Shown: piece by piece, positions 8,623 to 14,949 of the stretch | How positions within the stretch are numbered: the first letter of the stretch is position 1 | How the letters are laid out: the number at the start of each line of letters is the position of its first letter | IMG/VR virus record: IMGVR_UViG_3300023178_000043 | Span: 2,728-66,727 of that record | Strand: one strand, 5' to 3' | Length of the DNA stretch: 64,000 nucleotides | Origin: a virus | Position numbers and translations under genes: made by a program | The notes under the pieces: generated by a model | What the model was told of the DNA's origin: nothing | The model's input: only the letters and a program-made list of their open reading frames with translations | Database searches by the model: none

Positions 8623-8739
8623 GGAACAGGTATCTGCGTAAACCCGCAGTCCACTACTTTCCCCCACTACTTTGTTGTTCTGTTCTAGTCAGTTGCAGAA
8701 TACGAGTCATGACTCCCGCGTCATTATCTGTTATCTGAC
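8623..8739 (-). ncRNA. candidate structured RNA A
   Basis: GTCAG/CTGAC, CAGA/TCTG, GAACAG/CTGTTC and CTGCG/CGCAG pairings between tRNAs; no convincing ORF. Confidence 0.4.
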
Positions 8740-8763
8740 ATCAAATCAACGTTTCGTGTTTAA

Positions 8764-8837
8764 TCGTCCCTCAAGGATTTGAACCTTGGACCTCTCGCTT
8801 ATCAGGCGAACGCTCTCACCATCTGAGCTAAGGGACG
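8764..8837 (-). tRNA. tRNA-Ile(GAT)
   Basis: TTCGC-CTGATAA-GCGAG, GGTTCAAATCC. Confidence 0.95.
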
Positions 8838-8840
8838 GTA

Positions 8841-8884
8841 TCAATACTTTGGAGGCATTCGTGCTACCATTACACAATGGACCC
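8841..8884 (-). pseudogene. 5' half of tRNA-Trp(CCA), T arm and 3' acceptor strand missing
   Basis: GGGTCCA, D arm GTGTAATGGTAGCAC, AATGC-CTCCAAA-GTATT, then runs into tRNA-Ile. Confidence 0.75.
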
Positions 8885-8888
8885 AAAG

Positions 8889-8962
8889 GGTGAACGACGG
8901 GGATCGAACCCGCGACAACCGGAACCACAATCCGGTGCTCTACCAACTGAGCTACGATCACC
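8889..8962 (-). tRNA. tRNA-His(GTG)
   Basis: Encoded G-1, CCGGA-TTGTGGT-TCCGG. Confidence 0.95.
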
Positions 8963-8965
8963 ATA

Positions 8966-9037
8966 CGGTCCCACGGGGAATCGAACCCCGCCCTCGGCCG
9001 TGACAGGGCCGTGTTCTAGCCGATAAACTATGGGACC
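8966..9037 (-). tRNA. tRNA-Asp(GTC)
   Basis: CGGCC-CTGTCAC-GGCCG. Confidence 0.95.
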
Positions 9038-9039
9038 AA

Positions 9040-9112
9040 CTCCGCCTGCAGGACTCGAACCTGCGACCCGCTGATTAACAGTCAGCTGCTCTACCAACTG
9101 AGCTAAGGCGGA
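9040..9112 (-). tRNA. tRNA-Asn(GTT)
   Basis: GCTGA-CTGTTAA-TCAGC. Confidence 0.95.
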
Positions 9113-9472
9113 TTATTTTACCATACCATGTTTGGTTGGTTTTCCTTCTTCATCTAAACATACAAAAACAATCTCATCAATGTGTGCTATGATTTGTTTT
9201 GTTCTTTCGTTTCTGACCTCAACATCTACGGTCACTGATGTCTTTCCTAATTGTTTTAGTTGTACCCCAATCTCAACCATATCTCCTTGACGAGCCGGTG
9301 CAATAAAATCTACTTCTGACATTTTCTTGGTGACCAAACGATAATGTTTAATTTCAGACATTATATACATTGCTGCAGCTTCGTCAACCCAAGACAAAGC
9401 GGTGCCACCAAATAATGTGTTAGCGGCATTTAAGTCGCCAGGCATTACAATTTTTCTGGTTAAGAATCTCAT
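9113..9472 (-). CDS. acyl-CoA thioesterase (hotdog fold, YciA-like)
   Basis: VMPGDLNAANTLFGG..LSWVDE, DF.AP, GKTS, FVCLD.EGKP. Confidence 0.9.
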   Translation of the reverse strand: MRFLTRKIVMPGDLNAANTLFGGTALSWVDEAAAMYIMSEIKHYRLVTKKMSEVDFIAPARQGDMVEIGVQLKQLGKTSVTVDVEVRNERTKQIIAHIDEIVFVCLDEEGKPTKHGMVK

Positions 9473-9639
9473 AACTCGTTTATTTCGCCGGGTTTTTTAA
9501 GTTTGTGTTTGTGGTGTAATCTTTTTAAGAATTGTTCTTCTAATCTTTGTATTCTTTCTTGTTCCTTTTTACGTTGTTTTCTGTCTATTACAATAATGAC
9601 AAATAAACCAATAACCATTATAAAAAGAAATAAAGTCAT
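9469..9639 (-). CDS. small membrane protein (56 aa)
   Basis: MTLFLFIMVIGLFVIIVI then a basic coil; ATGA overlap with the thioesterase. Confidence 0.55.
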   Translation of the reverse strand: MTLFLFIMVIGLFVIIVIDRKQRKKEQERIQRLEEQFLKRLHHKHKLKKPGEINEL

Positions 9640-9662
9640 CGTTATTCTCAGTTAATTGTTAG

Positions 9663-9734
9663 AGCACAGGGTCGGATTCGAACCGACGAATAAAGGATTT
9701 GCAGTCCTTTGCCTTACCACTTGGCTACCCGTGC
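9663..9734 (-). tRNA. tRNA-Cys(GCA)
   Basis: AAGGA-CTGCAAA-TCCTT, U73. Confidence 0.95.
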
Positions 9735-9738
9735 GTTA

Positions 9739-9820
9739 CGGAGAGCCTGGGATTCGAACCCAGAAGTCCAATGGACGCTGGTTTTCAAGACCAGTGCAAT
9801 AGCCGTTCTGCCAACTCTCC
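9739..9820 (-). tRNA. tRNA-Ser(TGA)
   Basis: CTGGT-CTTGAAA-ACCAG, long variable arm. Confidence 0.95.
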
Positions 9821-9823
9821 ATA

Positions 9824-9905
9824 TGCCCATAGAGGGAGTCGAACCCCCACTTCCGAAGAAACCAGATCCTAAGTCTGACGCGTCTACCATTTCCGCCATA
9901 TGGGC
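9824..9905 (-). tRNA. tRNA-Leu(TAG)
   Basis: TCAGA-CTTAGGA-TCTGG, long variable arm. Confidence 0.95.
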
Positions 9906-10709
9906 CTAGTTGTAACTAAAAAACTTTTCCGCCAATTTGTTATTTCCGTGTTTTTGATAATTGTAATTAAACACATCCATATTAAATTGTGGTTGTGTAA
10001 TAAAATTGTATTTTCCTTTATCTACTCGTTCTTCAAATACTAAGTCTTTATCTTTTGGATATGGGTTAGACTTGTATTCATCATACTTAAATATGATTTT
10101 TCTTGACTTTTTGTCAAGTGGGTAAATATATCTAAACATCAACCCACGTATTCTACTGATACCTTTGTGTTCGCAGAAATCATGTTCTAACCAAAATATT
10201 TTTTCTTTATTAGAAAATATAGCGTTCTCCTTACACAATTGTTTTGAACTTCTAGGATGTATTTTCTCTCCAGTTTGTTTATCCATATAAACATTGGTCT
10301 TAAAATGACCAAGGTATATAAAGTTTGACGCTTGATAGACGTACCCACATTTACCCATAATTCCATCTGCCATTGTATAAATAAATTTCACAGACGGAAG
10401 ATTTTTCTTTGACCAAGAGATTAGTTCTTTCATGGCTAACGAACCAAAATTATCTCCATTTTTTTCAGGCAAAAAACACATTTTACCAATTTCAAAATAA
10501 TCTTTTGTTGTAATTTCAGGATGTTTATAGAATATCTTTTTAATAGTAGCTTTTGGCTGCGTTCCCCATCCAAGAGTTACAACTCCAACTAATCTTTCTT
10601 CTTCAAAGAATCCCAAATAATATTTGGTCAATCTTGGTAAAATTTTACTATAATGATAACTGTGAATAAAATCCACCGCTGTAGTTTTTGAAATTTGTTT
10701 AATAAACAT
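9906..10709 (-). CDS. Mom-like (GNAT-fold) DNA adenine modification enzyme
   Basis: FI..YHYS, LVGV.TLG, EI.KM, YTMAD...G..GYVYQASNF.YLG. Confidence 0.7.
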   Translation of the reverse strand: MFIKQISKTTAVDFIHSYHYSKILPRLTKYYLGFFEEERLVGVVTLGWGTQPKATIKKIFYKHPEITTKDYFEIGKMCFLPEKNGDNFGSLAMKELISWSKKNLPSVKFIYTMADGIMGKCGYVYQASNFIYLGHFKTNVYMDKQTGEKIHPRSSKQLCKENAIFSNKEKIFWLEHDFCEHKGISRIRGLMFRYIYPLDKKSRKIIFKYDEYKSNPYPKDKDLVFEERVDKGKYNFITQPQFNMDVFNYNYQKHGNNKLAEKFFSYN

Positions 10710-10711
10710 GG

Positions 10712-11119
10712 TTAGAATATATTTTTTCTAATTTCTACACCTATAACTATTGAGGGTAAGAATTCTGTTTTGCTTTCATACAACAAGTCGGGTGTTATAT
10801 AAAAATCTGTGGTCTTAGACACAACGGCAGGTGCAACAAAGAATACACGATTGACATATCTGACCCAAGGTAGAACAGGATTGCTTTCATAGTTACCAAC
10901 CAATCCTGCTTCAAGTCTTTGGTTTTCTGTAATCTTGTATTGCACACCACCATACGGTGAAATTCTGTAATCGCTGTTGTAGTAAACACCAGCAATCCAA
11001 TTTGTTGATTCATACATTTCACATTCGGCACTAACGTGTGGGTGATAATAATTTAACTTATCCACCTCACCAAATGTAAGATGCATTGTAGCCGCAAATG
11101 CTAAAAATAAATTACACAT
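10712..11119 (-). CDS. small outer-membrane beta-barrel protein (PagP-like pattern)
   Basis: AGVYYNSD...SPYGG, AGLVGNY, terminal amphipathic strand. Confidence 0.45.
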   Translation of the reverse strand: MCNLFLAFAATMHLTFGEVDKLNYYHPHVSAECEMYESTNWIAGVYYNSDYRISPYGGVQYKITENQRLEAGLVGNYESNPVLPWVRYVNRVFFVAPAVVSKTTDFYITPDLLYESKTEFLPSIVIGVEIRKNIF

Positions 11120-11133
11120 AATTTCTCCTGTTA

Positions 11134-11217
11134 TGCTTCGAGCGAGACTCGAACTCGCAAGCCCTATCGGGCGTCAGATTTTAAGTCTGATGTGTATACC
11201 TATTCCACCACCGAAGC
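11134..11217 (-). tRNA. tRNA-Leu(TAA)
   Basis: TCAGA-CTTAAAA-TCTGA, long variable arm. Confidence 0.95.
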
Positions 11218-11222
11218 CTAAG

Positions 11223-11297
11223 TCTGGGTGGTAGGATTTGAACCTACGACTTCTGCCTCCCAAAGGCAGCGCTCTGACCGTGCTGAGCTACACCCAG
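11223..11297 (-). tRNA. tRNA-Pro(TGG)
   Basis: CTGCC-TTTGGGA-GGCAG, C1-G72. Confidence 0.95.
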
Positions 11298-11302
11298 ATA
11301 AA

Positions 11303-11424
11303 ATGTGTCACCCCCATCAAAGGTGCTGGTCCTCCCCGTAGGTACTCCGCTCGAGCCGTTTCACTACGCTTCACAGAACAGAGGTTTGTGTGAGCGTCCT
11401 CCCTCTCCTCCGGTGATGACACAT
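11303..11424 (-). ncRNA. candidate structured RNA B
   Basis: Closing stem ATGTGTCATC/GGTGACACAT, internal ACGCT-CACA/TGTG-A-AGCGT; GC-rich. Confidence 0.65.
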
Positions 11425-11434
11425 ATTTTACTAA

Positions 11435-11531
11435 TGAGACATAACACCGAAACATATCTAAGAAATCACGACTAATCTAGATATGGACAAACCTGTCGTG
11501 TCAGGTAAGAACCGGAATTACATATGTCTCA
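11435..11531 (-). ncRNA. candidate structured RNA C (three-way junction, complementary loops)
   Basis: TGAGACATA/TATGTCTCA, CCGG/TCGG, ACCTG/CAGGT, CATATCTAG/TTAGATATG; loops CACGA and TCGTG. Confidence 0.7.
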
Positions 11532-11532
11532 G

Positions 11533-11605
11533 AGCCCCCGGTCAGAGTCGAACTGACGACCGCTCGCTTACAAGGCGAGTGCTCTGGCCACTGAGCTACG
11601 GAGGC
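11533..11605 (-). tRNA. tRNA-Thr(TGT)
   Basis: CTCGC-CTTGTAA-GCGAG. Confidence 0.95.
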
Positions 11606-11618
11606 AATAATATTTTTG

Positions 11619-11813
11619 TTAGTATGGGGTATGTGGTCCATTGTGAATTGGACTATAATAATCTTTTTTTGTTCGTGACTTTAAACCATCCTTGTTAAGT
11701 TCGTTAATTAACATATTAGCTAATTCAACTGATTGTTTTGCAGCACTTCTACCTTCCATATCATTCTTAACTAGTTCAATAAACAATCTTGTTGCTACTT
11801 CATCACGATTCAT
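11619..11813 (-). CDS. hypothetical protein (64 aa)
   Basis: MNRDEVATRLF start after AAGGAG; the longer ORF-track start overlaps tRNA-Gln. Confidence 0.65.
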   Translation of the reverse strand: MNRDEVATRLFIELVKNDMEGRSAAKQSVELANMLINELNKDGLKSRTKKDYYSPIHNGPHTPY

Positions 11814-11830
11814 AACCACTCCTTTGTTAG

Positions 11831-11903
11831 TTGCCCCGCTAGGGCTCGAACCTAGACTCTCATGATCCAAAGTCACGCGTGTTGCCAGTTACACCACGGG
11901 GCA
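11831..11903 (-). tRNA. tRNA-Gln(TTG)
   Basis: CGTGA-CTTTGGA-TCATG, U1-A72. Confidence 0.95.
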
Positions 11904-11929
11904 ATCGCTTTTTACTACGTTCACATCAG

Positions 11930-12003
11930 TACGCCCTCAGGGAATTGAACCCCGGACCTTTCGGATATAAGCCGAATGCTCTAACCGACTGAGCTAAGGG
12001 CGC
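11930..12003 (-). tRNA. tRNA-Ile(TAT)
   Basis: TTCGG-CTTATAT-CCGAA anticodon arm, full cloverleaf, A73. Confidence 0.9.
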
Positions 12004-12010
12004 ATATAAG

Positions 12011-12157
12011 TTATTTGTCTTCCATAGATTTAAGTTTATCTTCTAATTCAACTAATCGTTTGAGTGCTCCAGCTTTTGTCCACCCATCGTTGTGGTTTGA
12101 ATTAGCTTCAATTCTTAATCTTTTAATTTCTTCTTTAAGTTCATCAATATCTTTCAC
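12011..12157 (-). CDS. small coiled-coil protein (48 aa)
   Basis: GTG start after AGGAGG; MKDIDELKEEIKRL...HNDGWT. Confidence 0.6.
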   Translation of the reverse strand: MKDIDELKEEIKRLRIEANSNHNDGWTKAGALKRLVELEDKLKSMEDK

Positions 12158-12175
12158 AATGACCTCCTATGTAAG

Positions 12176-12247
<72 letters not shown>

Positions 12248-12251
12248 AAAA

Positions 12252-12339
12252 TGGTTATGGATTTTCTTACTGACATATTCAGCGAGCCGATCCTAAACAC
12301 GCTGCCTTGGACGCGGGTAATTAATTCCTTCCATAACCA
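12252..12339 (-). ncRNA. candidate structured RNA D
   Basis: 10-bp closing stem TGGTTATGGA/TCCATAACCA; inner TTAC/GTAA and CAGCG/CGCTG; fills the gap between two tRNAs. Confidence 0.6.
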
Positions 12340-12343
12340 CAAG

Positions 12344-12416
12344 TACCCCCACGGAGAATCGAACTCCGGTCTTCAGGATGAAAGCCTGATATCCTCGGCC
12401 ACTAGACGATGGGGGC
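12344..12416 (-). tRNA. tRNA-Glu(TTC)
   Basis: TCAGG-CTTTCAT-CCTGA. Confidence 0.95.
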
Positions 12417-12425
12417 GTATAACCA

Positions 12426-12644
12426 TTATTGTAGAGAAATTTCTTCCATTGCGGGTGGAGCCATCAAACCAGCTTCACCCATCGCTCTGATAATCTGAAC
12501 GATTCCATCAAACAAAGTCATATACGCTGATGGTCTTATCAAGAGAAGAAGCGTCAGAATGGAAAAAATAAACATTATTGTAGCCCAAACATTTAAGATA
12601 ATAACCTTATTACCAACGGTAACGCTTGGACGTTCATCTGACAT
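12426..12644 (-). CDS. small membrane protein
   Basis: One TM helix, GAGGAG SD. Confidence 0.65.
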   Translation of the reverse strand: MSDERPSVTVGNKVIILNVWATIMFIFSILTLLLLIRPSAYMTLFDGIVQIIRAMGEAGLMAPPAMEEISLQ

Positions 12645-12690
12645 AGTGCTCCTCAGACAAAGGTTAACCTATGTAACTGTCAAATAACTA

Positions 12691-12763
12691 TGGGCCCTCT
12701 GGGACTCGAACCCAGAACCTATTGGTTAAAAGCCAAGTGCTCTACCAGTTGAGCTAAAGGCCC
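12691..12763 (-). tRNA. tRNA-Lys(TTT)
   Basis: TTGG-CTTTTAA-CCAA. Confidence 0.95.
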
Positions 12764-12785
12764 GTCTTTTTCAATTCATACCTAT

Positions 12786-12841
12786 AATCTAACAACAAAC
12801 TCACTGAAAGTCAAGATGTGAATTGTAACAAATGTTGTGAC
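12786..12841 (-). promoter_or_regulatory. promoter of the tRNA array with GT(C/T)ACA direct repeat
   Basis: GTCACA-N6-GTTACA-N9-TTGACT-N17-TAGATT. Confidence 0.75.
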
Positions 12842-12940
12842 GCCACTCACAATAAACCCTAAAGTATCTTACTACTCCTGTTCCGGTCGCCCTGTATGGG
12901 CACATCCCATAACCGAAAGCGATATGGACTAATGAGGCGT
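12840..12940 (-). ncRNA. candidate structured RNA E downstream of tmRNA
   Basis: ACGCC-TCA/TGA-GT-GGCGT, TCGCTTT/AGGGCGA, TATGGG/CCCATA, AGTA/TACT. Confidence 0.55.
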
Positions 12941-12958
12941 TTTACTGGGCATTTGTTA

Positions 12959-13288
12959 TGGAGATGGCGGGAGTCGAACCCGCGTCCGAACTTAACTACC
13001 TAAATTACTATCAACGCTGTAGGACAGTTAGGGGTACCAAGGTGTCCAACCTCACGGCCTTGTCTCGTCTATGCCGGTCACGGAATACATTCTTTGGTGT
13101 ATACATCCGCACTTAGCTCTATTCCTAAGAGTCACCCGATTACATTTACTTCCCGTGTTTATCTTATCGGTATCAGATAGTGGGAAGGGCTTAAGCAGCC
13201 ATTAGTAAAGGTTCGTCAGTTACTTTTAAAGTATCAAACTAGCGTGTCAATCCAGTATCATTAAACCCGTCGAAACCAGTGCATCCCC
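12959..13288 (-). ncRNA. ssrA: tmRNA
   Basis: 5' GGGGATG..TTTCGAC; 3' GGACGCGGGTTCGACTCCCGCCATCTCCA; tag frame 13217..13191 encodes DEPLLMAA-stop after AAAGTAACT. Confidence 0.95.
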
Positions 13289-13309
13289 GTATTTTCAATC
13301 AACTCTATA

Positions 13310-13364
13310 ATTATAACCACATTTATATAAATAATCAAGATGTCAAGTGTAACAGAACTGTAAC
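13310..13364 (-). promoter_or_regulatory. tmRNA promoter with GTTACA direct repeat
   Basis: GTTACA-N5-GTTACA-N9-TTGATT-N17-TATAAT. Confidence 0.8.
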
Positions 13365-13367
13365 AGG

Positions 13368-14453
13368 TTATTCTACACAGATTAATTGGTCACGATTCTG
13401 TCCGACACCAACCATTGACACCAAGCAACCTGTCTCATTGGAGATATAAGACACATAATCTTTTAATTCTTGTGGAAGGTCGTTCCAAGTCTTTTCATCG
13501 CCTGTGAGTTTCCAAGGTGAAAATTTAACCCATCCACTATCTTTGATATAAATTTGTTGTAGACAAGACAACACATCCAACTTGGTAATTGCTAGATTTG
13601 TAATACCATTGACTTCACAAGCGTATCGTAGTTGGTCCATATCCAACCAACCCATTCTACGAGGACGACCAGTAGTTGCACCATACTCACCACCGGCTTC
13701 TCGTAACATTTCGGTCAGGTCATCATCTTTAAACTCAGTTGGAAATGGTCCCTCTCCAATTCTGGTTGTGTATGCTTTGACCACACCAATCACAGCACTA
13801 TCACCAAACATATGTAATGGTAGTCCGGTTCCTTGGGGAGCATAATTTGCAGTGCATGGTGATGATGTTACGTATGGATAGGTTCCGAAATCAATATCAA
13901 GCATTGCCGCTTGTGCTCCTTCCATAAGTATCTTGTCACCATTTCTCTCTACATTTCGTAGAAGTTTACGAGTATCGGTTATGAATGGTGCCAGTTTACC
14001 ATAAGCAACATCATTGACAATTGACCCCAACTTGATTCCTTGTCGGTCATACTTGTCTCTGTATGCTGGACCAATACCTTTACCTGTAGAACCCCACTTC
14101 GTTTTGTTTGCTTCGTCCTGAATTAGATGTTGGCGAGTAACTACGGTTGCATCCTTGGAAATAAAAAGTCGGTCAGTAAAATCAACACCCATATCTTCTA
14201 AGGCTTCAATTTCCTTAATTAGTTCTTCAGGGTTGACCACACACCCGTGTGTAATTACAGACTTACAATCCTCACGAATAACGCCTGTGGGGAGTGAATG
14301 AGTAACATACTTTTTGTCACCCACACATACGGTATGACCAGCATTACTACCACCTTGGTAGCGCACAACCCAATCGTATTCTTCACTCATATAGTCGGTA
14401 ATTTTGCCTTTGCCTTCGTCGCCCCATTGGAGTCCTACAACAATATCAATCAT
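13368..14453 (-). CDS. purA: adenylosuccinate synthetase
   Basis: GLQWGDEGKGK, RYQGGSNAGHT, EGAQ..LD.DFGTYPYVTSS, TTGRPRR.GWLD, TKLDVL. Confidence 0.95.
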   Translation of the reverse strand: MIDIVVGLQWGDEGKGKITDYMSEEYDWVVRYQGGSNAGHTVCVGDKKYVTHSLPTGVIREDCKSVITHGCVVNPEELIKEIEALEDMGVDFTDRLFISKDATVVTRQHLIQDEANKTKWGSTGKGIGPAYRDKYDRQGIKLGSIVNDVAYGKLAPFITDTRKLLRNVERNGDKILMEGAQAAMLDIDFGTYPYVTSSPCTANYAPQGTGLPLHMFGDSAVIGVVKAYTTRIGEGPFPTEFKDDDLTEMLREAGGEYGATTGRPRRMGWLDMDQLRYACEVNGITNLAITKLDVLSCLQQIYIKDSGWVKFSPWKLTGDEKTWNDLPQELKDYVSYISNETGCLVSMVGVGQNRDQLICVE

Positions 14454-14670
14454 AAACTAAATCTGCCTCCGTTTCAATAACTACTCTAGCACCACAACTC
14501 AATAATGGTTTGTCATTTCCACCGTAAATTACTTTGCTTGGACCAAGGATTTCAACAGAATGACAGTATGTATTTTTCCTGCCTTCTTTTACGGTTATGA
14601 CAGGTTCGTTGGTACTATGCTTTCTATTATGTCTTATCTTATGTTGATTGACATGAATATACTTTTTCAT
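14446..14670 (-). CDS. hypothetical phage protein
   Basis: 74 aa; GAGG SD; upstream TTGACA-N17-TATATT at 14726..14698. Confidence 0.75.
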   Translation of the reverse strand: MKKYIHVNQHKIRHNRKHSTNEPVITVKEGRKNTYCHSVEILGPSKVIYGGNDKPLLSCGARVVIETEADLVYD

Positions 14671-14750
14671 ATAACCTCATCGTAAAAATGTTACCTAAAT
14701 ATATGTGGTCAAATTAAATTTGTCAATACTTATATAAAACAGGAGGTTAC

Positions 14751-14873
14751 ATGGCTAAAAAAGAAAGACTGATTGGCTTTAAGAAAACTGTAAAAGTTGG
14801 TAGAGCAAAAAAGCGTTTCGGACCAAAAGAAAGTAAACCCAAAAAGTATAGAGGTCAAGGAAAAAGTCGTTAG
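14751..14873 (+). CDS. small basic protein (40 aa) ending KKYRGQGKSR
   Basis: AGGAGG SD, preceded by the ATACTTATA motif. Confidence 0.7.
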   Translation: MAKKERLIGFKKTVKVGRAKKRFGPKESKPKKYRGQGKSR

Positions 14874-14877
14874 GCCC

Positions 14878-14906
14878 TTGACAAACTAAAAAAACAACAT
14901 TATATT
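14878..14906 (+). promoter_or_regulatory. sigma70 promoter
   Basis: TTGACA-N17-TATATT. Confidence 0.65.
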
Positions 14907-14949
14907 TTCCCTGTGCCCGGGAGAAAGTATATATACTAGGTATTATAGT

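Noticed and set aside
9824-11217. tRNAs with TAG or TAA anticodons as suppressors
   Set aside because: These anticodons read Leu codons CTA and TTA, and the bodies are Leu-type; a suppressor would need CTA, TTA or TCA
12252-12339. SRP (4.5S) RNA identity for RNA D because of GGAAGGAA and CCAAGGCAG
   Set aside because: No GNRA-capped domain IV hairpin with the conserved symmetric loop can be formed
12840-12940. Hammerhead ribozyme on the plus strand (GAAA ... CTAATGA)
   Set aside because: Too little sequence between the motifs for stems I and III; G-U pairs favour the minus strand
13368-14453. PurZ (2-aminoadenine Z-genome pathway), with the HD protein as DatZ
   Set aside because: The catalytic loop is WGDEGKG with the PurA Asp, not the Ser of PurZ; the HD gene is distant and has no DatZ-specific support
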